Positions 17,800 to 27,371 of a stretch of DNA of 64,000 nt are shown here, one piece after another; the first letter of the stretch is position 1; each line of letters begins with the position of its first letter. The stretch spans positions 32,001 through 96,000 of the forward strand of contig CAVUGN010000002.1 of assembly GCA_963741095.1 (NCBI GenBank), given 5' to 3'. The notes beneath the pieces are model-generated. The model ran no database searches. It saw only the letters and a program-made list of their open reading frames with translations, and had not been told where the DNA came from. This stretch comes from an uncultured Candidatus Micrarchaeota archaeon (GTDB lineage Archaea > Micrarchaeota > Micrarchaeia > Micrarchaeales > Micrarchaeaceae). The position numbers and the translations under genes were made by a program.

Positions 17800-18057
17800 T
17801 TACACCAACTTCAGCTTTATCGCCACGTCGCTTGCCTTGTACCCCTTCGCCAACTTTATGTACGCCTTCTTGTAGTTCGTCGGCATGTTCGAGGTGCGCA
17901 CGCCTGCGACCTTCACGCTGAACAGCTTCTCGAACTCCGCGGCTATCTGGGTCTTGGTTGCCCTGTAGTCGACGACGTAGGTTATGACGTTGCTTTTGTC
18001 AATCACACTGACCGATTTTTCGGTTGCCAGCGGGTATTTTAACGTCGTCATGATCAT
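17800..18057 (-). CDS. rpl23: 50S ribosomal protein L23
   Basis: 'KYPLATEKS', 'KKAYIKL'. Confidence 0.95.
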   Translation of the reverse strand: MIMTTLKYPLATEKSVSVIDKSNVITYVVDYRATKTQIAAEFEKLFSVKVAGVRTSNMPTNYKKAYIKLAKGYKASDVAIKLKLV

Positions 18058-18845
18058 TGCACCTTGATGTTCTCTATCGCCCTGTTGAGGTTGTTGACCG
18101 CGCTCTCGCTCCATACAGTCATTCTTCCTGGAATGCCGCCCGGAGCGAGCAGGTTGACTGTCAGTTTTGAGACCTCGCAGACATCGACTCCGTGTATGTT
18201 CCTTGCCGCCTTCATAACGCTCGCCTCCTTTCCTACGACAAGAAGCAGTTTCCTTGAATAGATCCTCATCCTTGTTGATCTTCGCACCCCCTTTCTGATG
18301 TGCGGCTTCCTGTTCTCGTCCATGTAGTCCGACAGGCTGATGCTCTTCAGCACGGCCATCACCTCCTTGGACTTCTTGAGCGACTCTATCTCGTCAGAGA
18401 CGACTATCGGCAGGTGGATGTTTGATTGTGACATCTTTGTGCTCTTTATTGCAGTTGCGGAAACCGCGCTTGCAATCGCCAGCTGGTATTCCTTGTTGTT
18501 TATCTTCTCCGTCAGTATCTTTTCGACGATGTGTGGGTGCGCCCTCCTTCCCTTTGTTGAAGATGGAATTCTCTTGACCTTGCCCTGCACCCCGCCTCCC
18601 AGCTTCTCTCTTGGCCTTATCGCAATTCCCATGTGCCTGCCCGTTCTGTAGGATCCCATGGCGCCGAAGTAGGCGGCGCTGGTCTGCATACCCGCCAGCC
18701 TCATGTGGCCCTGGGGCTGCAGTTTGTAGGAATTTTCGGCGAGCACAGCCCTCTGTATGAGCTCCGGCCGCACTCCTTTGGAGAATGCGCTCGGCAGCTC
18801 TATCGAGTGCTTGATCTTGCCTTCGAGCGTTAGAACGTTTGCCAT
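18054..18845 (-). CDS. rpl4: 50S ribosomal protein L4
   Basis: 'VRPELIQRAV', 'GRRAHP', 'LLAPGGIPGRMTVWSE'. Confidence 0.96.
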   Translation of the reverse strand: MANVLTLEGKIKHSIELPSAFSKGVRPELIQRAVLAENSYKLQPQGHMRLAGMQTSAAYFGAMGSYRTGRHMGIAIRPREKLGGGVQGKVKRIPSSTKGRRAHPHIVEKILTEKINNKEYQLAIASAVSATAIKSTKMSQSNIHLPIVVSDEIESLKKSKEVMAVLKSISLSDYMDENRKPHIRKGVRRSTRMRIYSRKLLLVVGKEASVMKAARNIHGVDVCEVSKLTVNLLAPGGIPGRMTVWSESAVNNLNRAIENIKVQ

Positions 18846-18849
18846 TGAT

Positions 18850-19812
18850 TCACTTCGCTATGTAGCTTACCTTCGATTCCTTGATGCCCCTTGCGTTCCT
18901 GTTCCTTATCGATTTCCTTATGCGCACCAGCCTCTTCGCCGGACCCGGCACAGAGCCGTTGAGCATCACGTAGTCGTTCCTTATCTTCCCGTAGTTCTGG
19001 AATCCTTCCGGAGGGGTTATTGTCGCGTCCCCCCTTGAACCTATTTTAAGTATTCTTTTGTTGTGCTCTGTTCGGTAGTTGAATCCGAGCTGTCCTGCTT
19101 GAGGTATTGTGTACAGAACCTTCGGCACTCCGAACGGACCCAGTGATCCGACGTGCCTCGTCTTTCCGGTTGCCTTGTGGTATTGCACGGCAATGCCGAA
19201 CCTCTTGACCGGGCCCTGCCATCCCTTTCCTTTGGATATGGATGTAACATCGACAAATTCGCCGCTCTTGAAAACATCAGCCGCCTTGAGCTCCTTTCCG
19301 AGCATTCCTGCGACGAAATCGAACTTCTCTTCGATGGTCTTGCCGCCGACGTGCGATTCGAACCTCGAGGTGTGGTGCTGCTCTGCGCCCATTCCCTTCG
19401 GGAACGCGGCCACAAGGGCGACCACATCGGTGAACTCGGCAATCTTTGATTTTATGAGCGCCACTTTTGTCTCGTCGTTCTTCACGACCTTCATGTGGAG
19501 CTTCTTCGCCGAGGCGCTGTTTATGACCTCGAGCGTCGACACTTGATAATGGGTGTTGGGATCCTTTGAGTACAGGCGCATGCCGTAGACCTCCATGGTT
19601 GGGATTTCCAGGAGCGTGCAGGGCCTGCTCACCTCTGCGCCCTTCGATGCGGCGCCGGTGTCGTCGGTGACCATCGCGTGGGTCATCCCGACCTTGAATG
19701 CGATTATGCTTGAGAGCGTGGGCTCCTTGATGTAGGACGGCGAAGTGCGCAGCCTGGGAAGCCGTGTCTGGGCGCGTCTGTGATGCCAATATTGCATTGA
19801 GCCTTTGTGCAT
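18850..19812 (-). CDS. rpl3: 50S ribosomal protein L3
   Basis: 'FKVGMTH', 'SKGKGWQGPVKRFG', 'GSVPGPAKRLVRIR'. Confidence 0.96.
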   Translation of the reverse strand: MHKGSMQYWHHRRAQTRLPRLRTSPSYIKEPTLSSIIAFKVGMTHAMVTDDTGAASKGAEVSRPCTLLEIPTMEVYGMRLYSKDPNTHYQVSTLEVINSASAKKLHMKVVKNDETKVALIKSKIAEFTDVVALVAAFPKGMGAEQHHTSRFESHVGGKTIEEKFDFVAGMLGKELKAADVFKSGEFVDVTSISKGKGWQGPVKRFGIAVQYHKATGKTRHVGSLGPFGVPKVLYTIPQAGQLGFNYRTEHNKRILKIGSRGDATITPPEGFQNYGKIRNDYVMLNGSVPGPAKRLVRIRKSIRNRNARGIKESKVSYIAK

Positions 19813-19944
19813 GATGTACACTGTGGTCGATTGTGCTAAGTCGGAGAGCACAAAAAGCAGAAAGAATCTGCCTGTCCTTTTATGTTGTTTTACTCTATGT
19901 TTTTATATACCTTTACCTTTTGCGGAAGTGGCGACCTTCCCTGC

Positions 19945-20235
19945 TTATCTGCCATGTTTTCCTCTGCTGCTGTTCTTCAGCTTCAGGTTGTCTATTGAAT
20001 CCAGCACGCGGATCTCGCGCATCATGGAATTTATTGAGGCGTGCAGCGCGGCGAGGTCATCCGCCCTTATCGTGATTTTCAGGCCGGTGCGCGTTTCTGT
20101 TATTGCGGTGCTGCTCCTTACCGTTGTCTTTTCGCTCTGCGATGAAAGCAGCTTCCTGTAATCGATCCCGGATTTTTTGGAGAGGGTTATCTCGGCGCGG
20201 CCTTCGTGCTTTGTCGAGGCGATTTTTGACATCAT
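19945..20235 (-). CDS. pcc1: KEOPS complex subunit Pcc1
   Basis: 'LKITIRADDLAALHASINSMMR' Pcc1 signature; context next to L15e. Confidence 0.8.
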   Translation of the reverse strand: MMSKIASTKHEGRAEITLSKKSGIDYRKLLSSQSEKTTVRSSTAITETRTGLKITIRADDLAALHASINSMMREIRVLDSIDNLKLKNSSRGKHGR

Positions 20236-20810
20236 ATCCTTCTTCGGCCCCTTATGTTCTCTCTGACGCTCGGCCTTGCCTTGACGGTGCCGAAGCTCTT
20301 TATCGCTATTCCCCTGTGCTTCTTGCCCACGGACGTGAGCCCGCGGAACGCACGTGCGCGCTGGGCTATGATGTTGTGGTACATCTTGTCCGATTTTATG
20401 GCCGGCACTGCGCGGTCAAGCATTATGACCTCGTAGAACTTCCTTGAGCCGGCGGATCCGACGAAGTATGAGTTGAGGACCTCGCAGTTGATGAACTTCC
20501 TTGCCGCCCTTTCCTCTGCTATGGCCTGCACGGACTTTGCCCTGGCGAAGAACCTTCCGCTCTTTGACGGCTTCCTCCCTCCCCAGTTTCTTTCCCTCTT
20601 CTTCTTTCCGCCCTTCACCTGCACCCTTATGATTATGACTCCCTCCTTCGCCTTGTAGCCGAGCTCCCTGGCCCTCGCTATGTTTGTCGGCCCGTCGACC
20701 TTCGACACTGGCGGCTGCGTGGTCCATTCCACCAGCCTCTGCTTGTAGGCGTCCGGCCGTATCTTGTATTCGTTGACGAAGCTGCTCTTCATTGATTTGT
20801 ACATGCTCAT
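20232..20810 (-). CDS. rpl15e: 50S ribosomal protein L15e
   Basis: 'ARARELGYKAKEG', 'IAEERAARKF…EVLNSYFV', 'RAFRGLTS'. Confidence 0.96.
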   Translation of the reverse strand: MSMYKSMKSSFVNEYKIRPDAYKQRLVEWTTQPPVSKVDGPTNIARARELGYKAKEGVIIIRVQVKGGKKKRERNWGGRKPSKSGRFFARAKSVQAIAEERAARKFINCEVLNSYFVGSAGSRKFYEVIMLDRAVPAIKSDKMYHNIIAQRARAFRGLTSVGKKHRGIAIKSFGTVKARPSVRENIRGRRRI

Positions 20811-20942
20811 ATCATCACGACTGACAATAAGAAGTGATATATTTATGGGGGCAACATTTATAATTGTAGTTAGTATAATGGTCTTGCTGGTAGGGCAGGA
20901 TCGTCGTTTTGGAAGCAGGCGCCTTGCTGGCGATGTGAGAAA

Positions 20943-21644
20943 ATGAAAACCGCTGTTATAATAGCTGGTGGCAAGAGTCTGCGGCTGCTGCCGCTAACTT
21001 CCGACAAGCCGAAGACCCTGGTAGAGGTGATGCGCAAGCCGATCCTCTATTGGATAATGAAGTGGTTGAAGAAGTACGGCGTCGAGCACGTGGTCATGGC
21101 GGTCGCTTACAAGAGGGAGGAGATAGTCAAGTACATGGATAGCAACGGCAACTTCGGCCTGAAGGTCGATTTCAGCGAGGACCCGGGCATTGGGACCTCC
21201 GAGGCGTTCAAGCTTGCGATTCAGAAGTACGTGACCGACGAGGATTTCATAGCCATGAACTCCGACGAGCTCACGAACATGGACCTTTCGAAGATGGTGG
21301 ACAAGCACCTGAAGCACAAACCGCTCGTGACGATGGCGCTCGCGCCGCTGTACTGCAGGGTCAGCGTCGTGAAGGTCGACGGCGGGGACAGGATAGTCGG
21401 ATTCGAGTACGGCAAGAAGTTGCCCTCGGTGCCGGTCAGCATAGGCATCTATGTGTTCAACAGGAAGATCCTGGACCACATATCCGGGACCGGCTCGTTC
21501 GAGCAGACGGTGTTCCACAAGCTCGCGCACGACGGCGGGCTGCTGGCGCACATGCTCACCGACGAGGAGGAGTGGTTCACCATCAACACCGTCAAGGACG
21601 TTGAGGAAGCGGGTGCCGAACTGAAGAAATGGGGCCTCAACTAG
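20943..21644 (+). CDS. Nucleotidyltransferase (sugar-1-phosphate NTP transferase family)
   Basis: 'IIAGGKSLRLLPLTSDKPKTLV' signature. Confidence 0.88.
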   Translation: MKTAVIIAGGKSLRLLPLTSDKPKTLVEVMRKPILYWIMKWLKKYGVEHVVMAVAYKREEIVKYMDSNGNFGLKVDFSEDPGIGTSEAFKLAIQKYVTDEDFIAMNSDELTNMDLSKMVDKHLKHKPLVTMALAPLYCRVSVVKVDGGDRIVGFEYGKKLPSVPVSIGIYVFNRKILDHISGTGSFEQTVFHKLAHDGGLLAHMLTDEEEWFTINTVKDVEEAGAELKKWGLN

Positions 21645-21781
21645 GGGCCCATCGGCTTTTTCTCGGCTTATTCTGCAGAAAGGGGGCGTTTTGACGAAGG
21701 CCATAGCAAGGTATAAATATTTGCGAAGCCATAATTATACATAGACGGAGATTCCTGAAGGTATCACGACAAGGCACTTCT

Positions 21782-22495
21782 ATGTCAAAGAGAAAAATAG
21801 CTAAACGCATCGCTGCACGCAAGAGCGCGAGCAAGAAGGTGAAGGCGGTGAGGGGCAAAACGCCGAAGAAAGCGGTGCATCGCATCGAAACGCCGCACAG
21901 GGCGATCAAGGCGGTAGCCAAGGCTGTGGAGGTCGTAAAGCCGGAGAAGAGGAAGGGAAAGGTCAACATCAACATACCCGCTCAGGCCGACGCCAAGAAG
22001 GCGATAGACGACCTTCTGATCAACGAGAAGGCGGTCGACTACCTCAAGAGGAATGTCAGCAAGAGGGCTGTTGAGGTCATAAACATACTTGATGCGCCGG
22101 AGACCGACGAGGGCATTGCCGAGACCCTGGGCATGAAGATCAACGCCATAAGGAGGATACTCAACATAATGCATGGCTACGGCATAACGAACTATTACGT
22201 TTCGAAGAACGTGAACGGCTGGCTCTCGTTCTCGTGGTACATAAACGCCAACAAGGTGCCCGCCTTCCTGGATTACATAGGCAGCATGGACAGCGGGAAG
22301 GTGGTCGCCGACGAGAACTGCAACGACTATTTCGTCTGCAAGGACTGCTACACGAACGACAAGTTCATCTACACTTTCGATGCAGCCTTCGAAGCTGGCT
22401 TCAAGTGCAACTGCGGCAACAACCTTGACCGGGTCGATAAGGAAAGGGTCGAGGAGCTTCTGGCCGAGAAAAACGAGAGCGTGGAGAGCCGTTGA
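21782..22495 (+). CDS. tfe: Transcription factor E (TFE alpha) with basic N-terminal extension
   Basis: Winged helix 'ETDEGIAETLGMKINAIRRILN…GWLSFSWY', zinc ribbon 'FVCKDC…FDAAFEAGFKCNCG'. Confidence 0.88.
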   Translation: MSKRKIAKRIAARKSASKKVKAVRGKTPKKAVHRIETPHRAIKAVAKAVEVVKPEKRKGKVNINIPAQADAKKAIDDLLINEKAVDYLKRNVSKRAVEVINILDAPETDEGIAETLGMKINAIRRILNIMHGYGITNYYVSKNVNGWLSFSWYINANKVPAFLDYIGSMDSGKVVADENCNDYFVCKDCYTNDKFIYTFDAAFEAGFKCNCGNNLDRVDKERVEELLAEKNESVESR

Positions 22496-22583
22496 TCGTT
22501 TGCGGCCTTGTTCTGCTTGGACAAGAGGATTAAGCACAAATACCTTTCTAGTGTAATATATCGTGTTCTTTCTGCAGTTTCGG

Positions 22584-22658
22584 AGCGAGGTAGGGTAGCC
22601 TGGAGTGCCCGCCGGGCTCATAACCCGGAGATCGACGGTTCAAATCCGTTCCTCGCTA
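22584..22658 (+). tRNA. Initiator tRNA-Met(CAU)
   Basis: AGCGAGG/CCTCGCT acceptor with A1-U72, CCGGG CT CAT AA CCCGG anticodon arm, GGTTCAAATCC T-arm. Confidence 0.93.
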
Positions 22659-22802
22659 TTATGCTTACATACCACAGTGCACTTCCGCTATTCAAAAAAA
22701 GAAACAAAAAACGCCTGTGTGTTAGTTATTTGTTGTCTTTTTTATATGTTATATATATAAGAAGCGAGACGAATAGTGGAACTGTGGGGTGGCGGTGCTC
22801 TT

Positions 22803-23297
22803 ATGACAACGACAATAACGTATGATTATCTCTGGGAGACCTTCCAGAAGGAGAAGGCGACAAACCAGCTTCTTCCCATATCAAGAACTTTCTACACTGA
22901 CGCTTTGTTCTACATAAACGGATTGTCCGGGAAAGGGGAATCGGAATCGGCCACGAAGGCCAACTCGATCAGCATACTCAACAACCTCTTCGAAAAGCGC
23001 AGGCAGAAGATACTAATCTACATAGCCTATGGCAAGCCGCTCCCGCAGCCGATCAGCAACATGGAGCAGGAGCTGTGCAACAAGGTGCTTGACATACTAA
23101 AAGTTAATAAACTGGACGGCACTAATATTAAATCAACAGACAAGGTATCGCTAAGGTCACTGAAGGACATGCAAGAGGTCATACTGCCTTCCGGCAACAA
23201 AGCTGGCCCCTTCAAGAAAGACCAGGTAATGGAGCTCAGCAACCAAGAAAGCGACATAGCTTTTCTGCTCGGCAACGAAATATGCGAACGTCTGTAA
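22803..23297 (+). CDS. GINS subunit (Gins15/Gins51-like)
   Basis: 'EKATNQLLPISRTFY…LFEKRRQKIL' A-domain plus C-terminal B-domain 'GPFKKDQ'; conserved context upstream of L44e/aIF2a. Confidence 0.75.
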   Translation: MTTTITYDYLWETFQKEKATNQLLPISRTFYTDALFYINGLSGKGESESATKANSISILNNLFEKRRQKILIYIAYGKPLPQPISNMEQELCNKVLDILKVNKLDGTNIKSTDKVSLRSLKDMQEVILPSGNKAGPFKKDQVMELSNQESDIAFLLGNEICERL

Positions 23298-23306
23298 CGT
23301 GTTTGA

Positions 23307-23591
23307 ATGGAGATAGCGAAAGAGATAACGACATACTGCCCGAAGTGCAACAAGCACACGGTGCACACTGTGAAAATGCCCTCGAAGGGGCCGCAAAGAA
23401 GCATGAGCAAGGCAACGCGAAGGCACAACAGGGCCATCAAGGGTTACGTCGGTAGCGTAGAGCCGCAGATACACACCAAGAAGCTTGGCAAGCGCCAGGT
23501 CGTTCTTCTGACCTGCAAGGAGTGCAAGTTCGTCGTTAACAGGACGTTCGGCCACAGGTCAAGGAAGAAGATTGAGATAGTGCAGGGTTGA
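23307..23591 (+). CDS. rpl44e: 50S ribosomal protein L44e
   Basis: 'TYCPKCNKHTVH…LTCKEC'. Confidence 0.93.
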   Translation: MEIAKEITTYCPKCNKHTVHTVKMPSKGPQRSMSKATRRHNRAIKGYVGSVEPQIHTKKLGKRQVVLLTCKECKFVVNRTFGHRSRKKIEIVQG

Positions 23592-23593
23592 TT

Positions 23594-24385
23594 ATGATAA
23601 AGACGATGCCCCGTGTCGGCGAATTGGTAATCGCGAACATCAGCAAGGTGATGCGGTTCGGGGCGTACTGCCGTCTTCCTGAATACAACAACCTCGAGGT
23701 CTTCCTGCCGATAAGGGAGGTCTCATCAGGCTGGATAAAGAACATCCGCGAATTCATACACGAAGGCCAGACAGTCGTCTGCGAAGTCTCGTTCTACGAC
23801 AAGGAAAAGAACACCGTCGACATATCGCTAAAGAGGGTCACTCCGAAGAAGGCGAAGGAGAGGATAAGATCGTACAACCTCGAGAAGAGGCTGGCTGCAC
23901 TCTTCCTGCAGGCCGCGAAGAAGGCGGGCGAGCAGGCCAACAAGGACGCACTCATACAGACCGCTCTCGCGGAATTCACCACATACACCAATCTGGTGGA
24001 AAATGCGAAGAACAACACCGAAGAGATAAAGAAATCGCTGTTGCCGAAGAAGCTGAAGTCCGCGATAGTCGAGGTCCTCGAGGCGAACATCCGCGAGAAG
24101 AAGTTCATCGTCTCATACATCATATCCTTGTCGACGTACAACACCCTCTCGGGGGCGACGGAGCTCAAGAGCATACTCACGGGGATGAAGGACATCGGCA
24201 TAGACGTGAAGTATATCAGCGCGCCGAAGTACCGCCTGACTGCCGAGGGCACCGACTACGTCGATGCGGAGAAGAAGATATCACAGGCGGAAGCGATCGT
24301 CAAGGAGAAACTGAAGAAAGGCGTCTTCAGCATCGAGAAGGAAAAACTGAAGCAGGCCAAAGAGAACATAATGGAGAATCTATAG
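23594..24385 (+). CDS. eif2a: Translation initiation factor 2 subunit alpha
   Basis: S1 domain 'PRVGELVI…EVSSGWIKNIRE…DISLKRV', 'YISAPKYR'. Confidence 0.95.
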   Translation: MIKTMPRVGELVIANISKVMRFGAYCRLPEYNNLEVFLPIREVSSGWIKNIREFIHEGQTVVCEVSFYDKEKNTVDISLKRVTPKKAKERIRSYNLEKRLAALFLQAAKKAGEQANKDALIQTALAEFTTYTNLVENAKNNTEEIKKSLLPKKLKSAIVEVLEANIREKKFIVSYIISLSTYNTLSGATELKSILTGMKDIGIDVKYISAPKYRLTAEGTDYVDAEKKISQAEAIVKEKLKKGVFSIEKEKLKQAKENIMENL

Positions 24386-24395
24386 GGCGATCTTC

Positions 24396-25190
24396 ATGGA
24401 CACGATAATAAAGCGCAACAAGACCATAATACCGAAGAACCCGATACTTGTCGTCGGCCTTCCTGGCATAGGCAACGTCGGCAAGCTGGTCGCAGAGCAC
24501 CTGAAGAGGGAGTTCAAGGCGGTCAGGTTCGCCACGCTCTACTCGGAACACTTTCCACATCAAGTAGTGATGCTCAAGAACGGCGGCATAAGGCTCGTCA
24601 GCAACCGGTTCTATCTGATAAAGTCGAAGAAGGCGAACGGCAACGACATAGTCTTACTGACGGGCGACGTCCAGGCGGTGAGCCCAGAAGGCCAGTACGC
24701 AGTCAACTCGAAGATAGTCGACTTCTTCAAGAATGATCTCAAGGGCAAATTCATATACACGATAGGCGGCTACAGCATCGGCGAGGCCAACGGCATCGTA
24801 AAAGCGCCAAGAGTCTTCGGCAATGTGACAAGAAAGGAGATAATGAAGCAATTCGAGGGCACCGGCGTGGTCTTCAAGGAGTCAAGGGGGCTCATCTGGG
24901 GCTCTGCAGGATTGATAATGGCATTCGCAAAGATGAACAAGATTGACGGGATTTGCTTAATGGGCGAGACGAGCTTCCTGGACATGGACGCCAGCGCGGC
25001 AAAGGCAGTGATACTAACCCTTTCTAAGAAGCTGCAGCTCGACGTCGACACCACGAACCTCGACAAGATAATAGCCAAGACCGCCAAGGCGATCAGAGAG
25101 ATCGAGAAGCAGCAAGGAATAGCCCAGCTCGGGCAGTTGCAGCCCACTCTCGATGAGAAGCCAGGCGAGCGGCCGTCATACATAAGATAG
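24396..25190 (+). CDS. PAC2 family proteasome assembly chaperone
   Basis: 'ILVVGLPGIGNVGKLVAEHL', 'TIGGY', 'ICLMGET'. Confidence 0.9.
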   Translation: MDTIIKRNKTIIPKNPILVVGLPGIGNVGKLVAEHLKREFKAVRFATLYSEHFPHQVVMLKNGGIRLVSNRFYLIKSKKANGNDIVLLTGDVQAVSPEGQYAVNSKIVDFFKNDLKGKFIYTIGGYSIGEANGIVKAPRVFGNVTRKEIMKQFEGTGVVFKESRGLIWGSAGLIMAFAKMNKIDGICLMGETSFLDMDASAAKAVILTLSKKLQLDVDTTNLDKIIAKTAKAIREIEKQQGIAQLGQLQPTLDEKPGERPSYIR

Positions 25191-25224
25191 TCCTAAATTC
25201 TTATCAGCACAGATTATTCTCTGT

Positions 25225-25313
25225 GCGGGCGTAGTCTAGCCTGGTAGGACGCAATTTCGAACAAGCGCAGGCTTCCCAAGCTTGTGACCCGGGTTCAAAT
25301 CCCGGCGCCCGCA
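25225..25313 (+). tRNA. tRNA-Gly(CCC) with 16-nt non-canonical intron at the D-arm/anticodon-stem junction
   Basis: GCGGGCG…GGAC[GCAATTTCGAACAAGC]G CAGGC TT CCC AA GCTTG TGAC CCGGG TTCAAAT CCCGG CGCCCGC A; 73-nt mature; exact boundary ambiguous because of a CGCA direct repeat. Confidence 0.85.
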
Positions 25314-25316
25314 TAC

Positions 25317-26156
25317 TTATACTGTATACTTCAGCCTACGCAGTTCTTTCTCAAGGTCAGAGATGTGGTAAAACCTCTCTCTCAGCGCAGCCTCTGTCTT
25401 GAACGCTTCAGCAGCATTTGAAAGCATCAGCATACTGGTATTCTGTAAGCTGATCTTGTTGGCTACGCTTCCCCCAGAAATGTAATTGTTTATTGGAACA
25501 AGAGTTCTATTTCCGACTTTCAATGCGGGGTTAGTGCCATTTATCCTATCAATATCCTCTTGCGAATTAAGGTCTGGGTTCGCATAAGTCATGAACTTGA
25601 AAAGTCTCGGGATTTCCTGCCCTGCGAATACGCGCATTTCCGACTGCATTCCATACTCCCTTCTCAAAATGTCTGTGGTCCTTCTGGCAAGCGCAACCAC
25701 TCCCTCCTGAAAGGTCACTATTGCACTGAATTCCTTGATGCCTGCCGCCATGTTGGCCTCCTGGTGCATCACTACCAACTGGCGCACGAGCGTTATCCCT
25801 ACGCTTCCCTTGGAATGCTCCTTGTCTGCAACCACACAGTACAATTCCGACATGCCATAGACGTCCTTGCCCAATCCAAGATCCTTCTTCAATTCCGGGC
25901 CAAGCCTTGGCGTGCATGCCACGAAAGCCACGGCCTCCCCATTGTCCTTGGCGACGATTATCGCATCGCCGCGCATCAAATCTTTGTAGATCTGGCTGAC
26001 TGTAGTGGGCAGCAGTATCTCCAGATTGTCTGGATGGAATATGAGCCTCTGGTTCACCGATGTTGCCAAACCCATCCTGTCATCAGTGCCCAATCCTGTC
26101 TTGTTTGTGACTGCTATTAATCCTGCAATCGTTGCCATACTATCAAAACCACTCAC
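25317..26156 (-). CDS. Hypothetical protein, possible GNAT-fold acetyltransferase
   Basis: 'AIIVAKDNGEAVAFV…SELYCVVADKEHSKGSVGITLV' resembles GNAT motif A. Confidence 0.5.
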   Translation of the reverse strand: MSGFDSMATIAGLIAVTNKTGLGTDDRMGLATSVNQRLIFHPDNLEILLPTTVSQIYKDLMRGDAIIVAKDNGEAVAFVACTPRLGPELKKDLGLGKDVYGMSELYCVVADKEHSKGSVGITLVRQLVVMHQEANMAAGIKEFSAIVTFQEGVVALARRTTDILRREYGMQSEMRVFAGQEIPRLFKFMTYANPDLNSQEDIDRINGTNPALKVGNRTLVPINNYISGGSVANKISLQNTSMLMLSNAAEAFKTEAALRERFYHISDLEKELRRLKYTV

Positions 26157-26240
26157 TTTATCATAATACTTAAACGTATCGAGATGGCTTTTTTAAGTTT
26201 GTCCCAAACAGGGCAACGCAAGACGACGTATTCCCTAAAA

Positions 26241-27320
26241 ATGCATAAATATCTCCTCAACCATAACGATATTGTGGAGAAGAAGGGGGAAACAATACTC
26301 TGGAATCGCCTTGGCGACGGCAAGGTTTTGTGCTTTGCCTGCGCCAGGCGGTGCCAGATACCTGAAGGGTCGCACGGTTTCTGCATCGTAAGGCAGAACA
26401 AGGGCGGCGAGCTTCACCTTGCAAACTACGGCAAGCTGGAAGCGATGCAGATAGATCCAATAGAGAAAAAGCCGTTCAACCATTTCATGCCAGGCAGCGA
26501 GGTGTTCAGCATAGGCACCACATCATGCAATCTTGCATGCCTGTTCTGCCAGAACCCCGAGATGTCGAAGGAGCATGCCGGAAGAGGGGCGGTGGTATCA
26601 CCGAAACAGATCATAGAACTTGCCCTAGAAAGCGGCACGCAGGGCATCGCGTACACCTACAACGAACCTACAATATTCATCGAATACGCTCTAGAAGTTG
26701 CAAAGCTGGCCCACAAGAAGGGGCTGTACAACGTCTTCGTGACGAACGGATACATGACAAAAGAGGCGGTGCAGGCGATGAAAGGCCTCATAGACGCGGT
26801 TGTCGTCGACTTCAAGGGCAGCGGCGAGCGCGAGTTCGTTGGCAGATTCTCTGCGATACCATCAAGCGACCCGATTAAGGAAGCACTTATAGAGATGAAA
26901 AAGAGCGGGATGCACATCGAGATAACGGATCTGATAATACCAACAGTGGGAGATTCTTTGGCGGCGTGCAGCGAATTGACAAAATGGGTTTATGACAATC
27001 TAGGTCCAGACACACCAATACAGTTCACCAGATTCCATCCTGACTACAAGATGCTCGATCATCCTGAGACCTCATTCGACTCGCTAAAGGAGCATTATGA
27101 CGTCGCAAAAAAGAGCGGGCTCAATTATGTGTACATCGGTAACGTGCCGAACAACCCCTTTGATAACACCTATTGCCCCAAATGCGGCAAATTGGTAATA
27201 GAACGATACGGGCTCTACACTACTGGTTGGGCGCTAGACAAAAACAACCGGTGTCTGTCCTGCAAGACGACCATTCCTATCATAGGCAAGCCTCACGGAA
27301 ACGTGGGCAACCAAAGATAA
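26241..27320 (+). CDS. amrS: AmmeMemoRadiSam-type radical SAM enzyme (PflA-like)
   Basis: N-terminal 'CFACARRC…GFCIVR', 'DPIEKKPFNHF', CxxxCxxC 'CNLACLFC', 'YTYNEP', 'TRFHPDYKM', C-terminal 'TYCPKC'. Confidence 0.85.
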   Translation: MHKYLLNHNDIVEKKGETILWNRLGDGKVLCFACARRCQIPEGSHGFCIVRQNKGGELHLANYGKLEAMQIDPIEKKPFNHFMPGSEVFSIGTTSCNLACLFCQNPEMSKEHAGRGAVVSPKQIIELALESGTQGIAYTYNEPTIFIEYALEVAKLAHKKGLYNVFVTNGYMTKEAVQAMKGLIDAVVVDFKGSGEREFVGRFSAIPSSDPIKEALIEMKKSGMHIEITDLIIPTVGDSLAACSELTKWVYDNLGPDTPIQFTRFHPDYKMLDHPETSFDSLKEHYDVAKKSGLNYVYIGNVPNNPFDNTYCPKCGKLVIERYGLYTTGWALDKNNRCLSCKTTIPIIGKPHGNVGNQR

Positions 27321-27371
27321 CGGTAGTGTATTAAACTTTTCAGCGCATCTTGATACTACACGGGTGTCATA

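Noticed and set aside
22508-22825. 105-aa ORF
   Set aside because: Overlaps the initiator tRNA-Met and an AT-rich promoter region; spurious
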